Source: Candidatus Latescibacterota bacterium (GTDB lineage: Bacteria > Krumholzibacteriota > Krumholzibacteriia > WVZY01). From it: 64,000 nt of DNA. Location: NCBI GenBank assembly GCA_963791045.1, contig CAWBQK010000004.1, positions 1 through 64,000 of the forward strand, given 5' to 3'. A model generated the notes under the pieces. The model was not told where the DNA came from. It made no database searches and saw only the letters and a list, made by a program, of their open reading frames with translations. The position numbers and the translations under genes were made by a program. This document shows, one piece after another, positions 61,643-64,000 of the stretch (position 1 is its first letter; every line of letters begins with the position of its first letter).

Positions 61643-62197
61643 CTATTTGCGCCCCAGCGCGTCGTTGATGAATTTATCGAGTGGCGTTCTGTTCGCCTGC
61701 AGAGCCGGTCCGCCGTCCATTTGCGACGGCGCTCCTAACACCTCCGCACCCTCGATCATCGGCCGTTTGACAAACGCTTCGCCCGAATCGGGATCGCGTT
61801 CTATTTCGAATTTGCCTTGCGAAAATCCGGCGACACGAAAATCACCGGTATCCATCCGATCAAGAAAGAGCAGAACCTCCTCACCATCCCGCCACGAGAG
61901 CGACCCATGAACGTGCATCCTTATCGTCCCCACGTCACCGCCAAGCTGGAGAACCCGGATTGTGCCACCACCCTGCCCCTTGTAGGTTTCATCGAGCACA
62001 ACTGTCGTCTCGGTAAAAATCTTGGTGCGCCCTTCGTTCCAGAACGACCTCACTTCCGATACCTTGCCGCGCGCGACCAGCGCCGACTCGTCACCCATCT
62101 GTCGAGAACTCACGAACTCTAACTGAGTGGCCATGACAATTGGCGCTGCCATGGCGACCAGGACTATGGCTGCTACAAACACGATTGTTGATTTCAT
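61643..62197 (-). CDS. Secreted small beta-rich protein (possible TIMP/NTR-like OB fold)
   Basis: AGGAGAGG RBS, signal peptide, SALVARGKV..V.SFW...IFT...V.LDETYKG...I.V..LGG.VG...V.G......GEEVLLFL; stop lies 3 nt before the giant gene. Confidence 0.7.
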   Translation of the reverse strand: MKSTIVFVAAIVLVAMAAPIVMATQLEFVSSRQMGDESALVARGKVSEVRSFWNEGRTKIFTETTVVLDETYKGQGGGTIRVLQLGGDVGTIRMHVHGSLSWRDGEEVLLFLDRMDTGDFRVAGFSQGKFEIERDPDSGEAFVKRPMIEGAEVLGAPSQMDGGPALQANRTPLDKFINDALGRK

Positions 62198-62437
62198 GAT
62201 CAATGTCCTCTCCTGACGAGCCTATACGGCATTCGCGGCGAACCGGATTCGGCCCGGGTCGCCGACAAACAACAAATTCTTTGACGCGATGATGTTTCTA
62301 TTTGAGCGGAAGTTGGACGAGGAAAACCCATTAGCGCAAGACCGCGCTTATCGCTCGACGAAAGCAGATATGACGAGGATGCCGACAGCTCGCCGGACAT
62401 TACTCGGACCCCCCTGGATACGTAATGTTAATGTCCT

Positions 62438-62466
62438 ATTATACCGCACAAACTAAAACGTGTAAA
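62438..62466 (-). promoter_or_regulatory. Sigma70-type promoter for the giant-protein cluster
   Basis: Minus strand TTTACA-N17-TATAAT. Confidence 0.65.
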
Positions 62467-62599
62467 GCACAATGTAATTTGAACTTAACCGACAGCCCGC
62501 CAACAATTTGGCCCCGCGGATTCATCACCCGCGGGGCCATCACCAACCAAAGTGTCAAAAAAACCTTACACCGGACCCACGCCCGGGCAACGCTCTCGA

Positions 62600-64000
62600 C
62601 TACTTCCCTTTAACGTATTTGACCACACCTTTGAAGAGGCTTTCCCCGTCAAGACCCGCTTCGGCGATCACCTTATCGGCCTGACCGCTGCCGAGGAAGT
62701 GTCCCTTCTCGAACGGATACCTGGTGTGCTTGCGGCCGTGTTCCGAACGAATCCACCGATACATCGTCGGCAGCGTGAAGCCGGTGATCCCCATAGCTTC
62801 TTCCTGAAGCGCGACGGGGAAAATCGCTTCCTGCTCGTCCGCGGATAGCGAGTCGAACAGTTCCGCACTGGCCACATAGTACACGTTGATATCGATCCCC
62901 TCTTTTGCGAGCATGGGGAGTGTCTCCTCAATAAAGGCGAACGTTATCCCGCTTCCCTGGAGGACCACCGTTCCGTCGCCCTTGCCGCTTGCTGCGCGCA
63001 GTTTGTAGACACCCGTCGCGGCGGCCGACACAGGGGCGAGTCCGAGCGCCTCGCGGTCAAGAACCGGCTCGTTTGGACGCGTGACGAACGGCGCGATCAC
63101 GCACGGGCGCTTCGCCAGCGTTTCCGAAACAACGGTGAACATCTCCTGTGGATCCCACGGGGTAAGCGTCATCACGGTACCCTTCGGAAAGTTTTCCTGG
63201 AGGAGCTGGAGCGCCTGCGGATCGGCGTGCGTCGGGCCGTCTTCTCCCGTCTTGACACCCGCGTGGGCGCAGATCAAGAAGTACGGGTTGTACGGTTCGC
63301 CCGGTACGATCGCGTCACGCGCCTGACCGCCGATCGCGTGAAGACGCGAGGCAATGTGGCCGAGCGCCGCGATAAACGCGCCGTAGGACGATCCCGCGCC
63401 GATGTGGCGGCCGTAGGACGACAACCCGGCGAGAATACCGGTCATGGCGTCCTCACAGATTCCGCCTATCGAGTAGATCCGCGACCCAGGGTTGGTCACC
63501 GCGTTGTAGTACCCTTCCGGGAACCCTTTGCCAGCGGTAAGAACGCTTGTCGAACCGAGAAGATCGGCGGCCGCGGCAAAAATGGCCCCACCGCTCGCCT
63601 TGTTGTAATAGTTGAGTACTTTCCCAAGTTCTCCGCGCAGGGTCGTCTTGCCCCCTGCTTCGAGTTTGAGTTCCTTGGGAATCCCGCCTCTTTCTGCCTC
63701 AGCCGTCTTGTAGATCGCTGTGACATCCGGCGCTTTGTCGCGCGGCTTGCGTTCGAGGCAATTCAGGCGCTCGCGTGAATCCTTCAAGCGCTGAGCGAAC
63801 ATATCGACGTTTACGAATTTCTCGTCGAAGGTCTTCCTCACAACGAGAAGCGCATCCCAGAAGCACTGCTCCATCACATCGGCGTCCGCCCCCCCACCGC
63901 ACCGCTGGCAGTTCTCCTCGCAAGAATCGAACTTCGCGCCCGTCAACTCGAGAAGCGGCGCTACCGCATCGTAGAAACCGTCCGTGCAGAGTTTATGTCC
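62600..64000 (-). CDS. Transketolase-family protein (5'-truncated by window)
   Basis: AADLLGST, GGICEDAM, HAGVKTGEDGPTHADPQ (transketolase GEDGPTH motif) and C-terminal domain. Confidence 0.8.
   Translation of the reverse strand, partial: GHKLCTDGFYDAVAPLLELTGAKFDSCEENCQRCGGGADADVMEQCFWDALLVVRKTFDEKFVNVDMFAQRLKDSRERLNCLERKPRDKAPDVTAIYKTAEAERGGIPKELKLEAGGKTTLRGELGKVLNYYNKASGGAIFAAAADLLGSTSVLTAGKGFPEGYYNAVTNPGSRIYSIGGICEDAMTGILAGLSSYGRHIGAGSSYGAFIAALGHIASRLHAIGGQARDAIVPGEPYNPYFLICAHAGVKTGEDGPTHADPQALQLLQENFPKGTVMTLTPWDPQEMFTVVSETLAKRPCVIAPFVTRPNEPVLDREALGLAPVSAAATGVYKLRAASGKGDGTVVLQGSGITFAFIEETLPMLAKEGIDINVYYVASAELFDSLSADEQEAIFPVALQEEAMGITGFTLPTMYRWIRSEHGRKHTRYPFEKGHFLGSGQADKVIAEAGLDGESLFKGVVKYVKGK

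Overview
This is a GC-rich bacterial genome segment with no rRNA, tRNA, CRISPR array, integrase or transposase that I can recognise. Several secreted proteins end in FlgD-Ig/T9SS-like tails (YPNPFNP...GVYF) or a short [ST][ST]WGKVKSLY tail. From recalled knowledge this suggests an FCB-related lineage such as Krumholzibacteriota/Latescibacterota (inference). Many genes carry 1-nt indels, including a self-compensating set, so frameshifts are treated as probable sequencing errors. Highlights: (1) a ~12.7 kb block (5155-17881) bounded by 46-bp direct repeats of a kinase 3' end. It holds a CosR/EctR-like regulator, an AsnB-type amidotransferase translationally coupled to mpgS, an SSS transporter and mpgP, with a divergent Ntn-hydrolase and GH38 mannosidase. 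This is a candidate complete synthesis and turnover pathway for an amidated mannosylglycerate (mannosylglyceramide-like) osmolyte. (2) An apparently all-exported cluster of a TIMP-like small protein, a ~3150-aa integrin-repeat/matrixin giant, a signal-peptide TPR-CHAT protease and a lipoprotein. (3) A DsrC-DsrM-DsrK-like module with no dsrAB in the window, next to a cysteine desulfurase. (4) A Trp leader-peptide attenuator in front of a stand-alone trpB2. (5) A low-GC membrane-anchored eIF2B-like gene. (6) Four copies of a Cys-rich extracellular domain.
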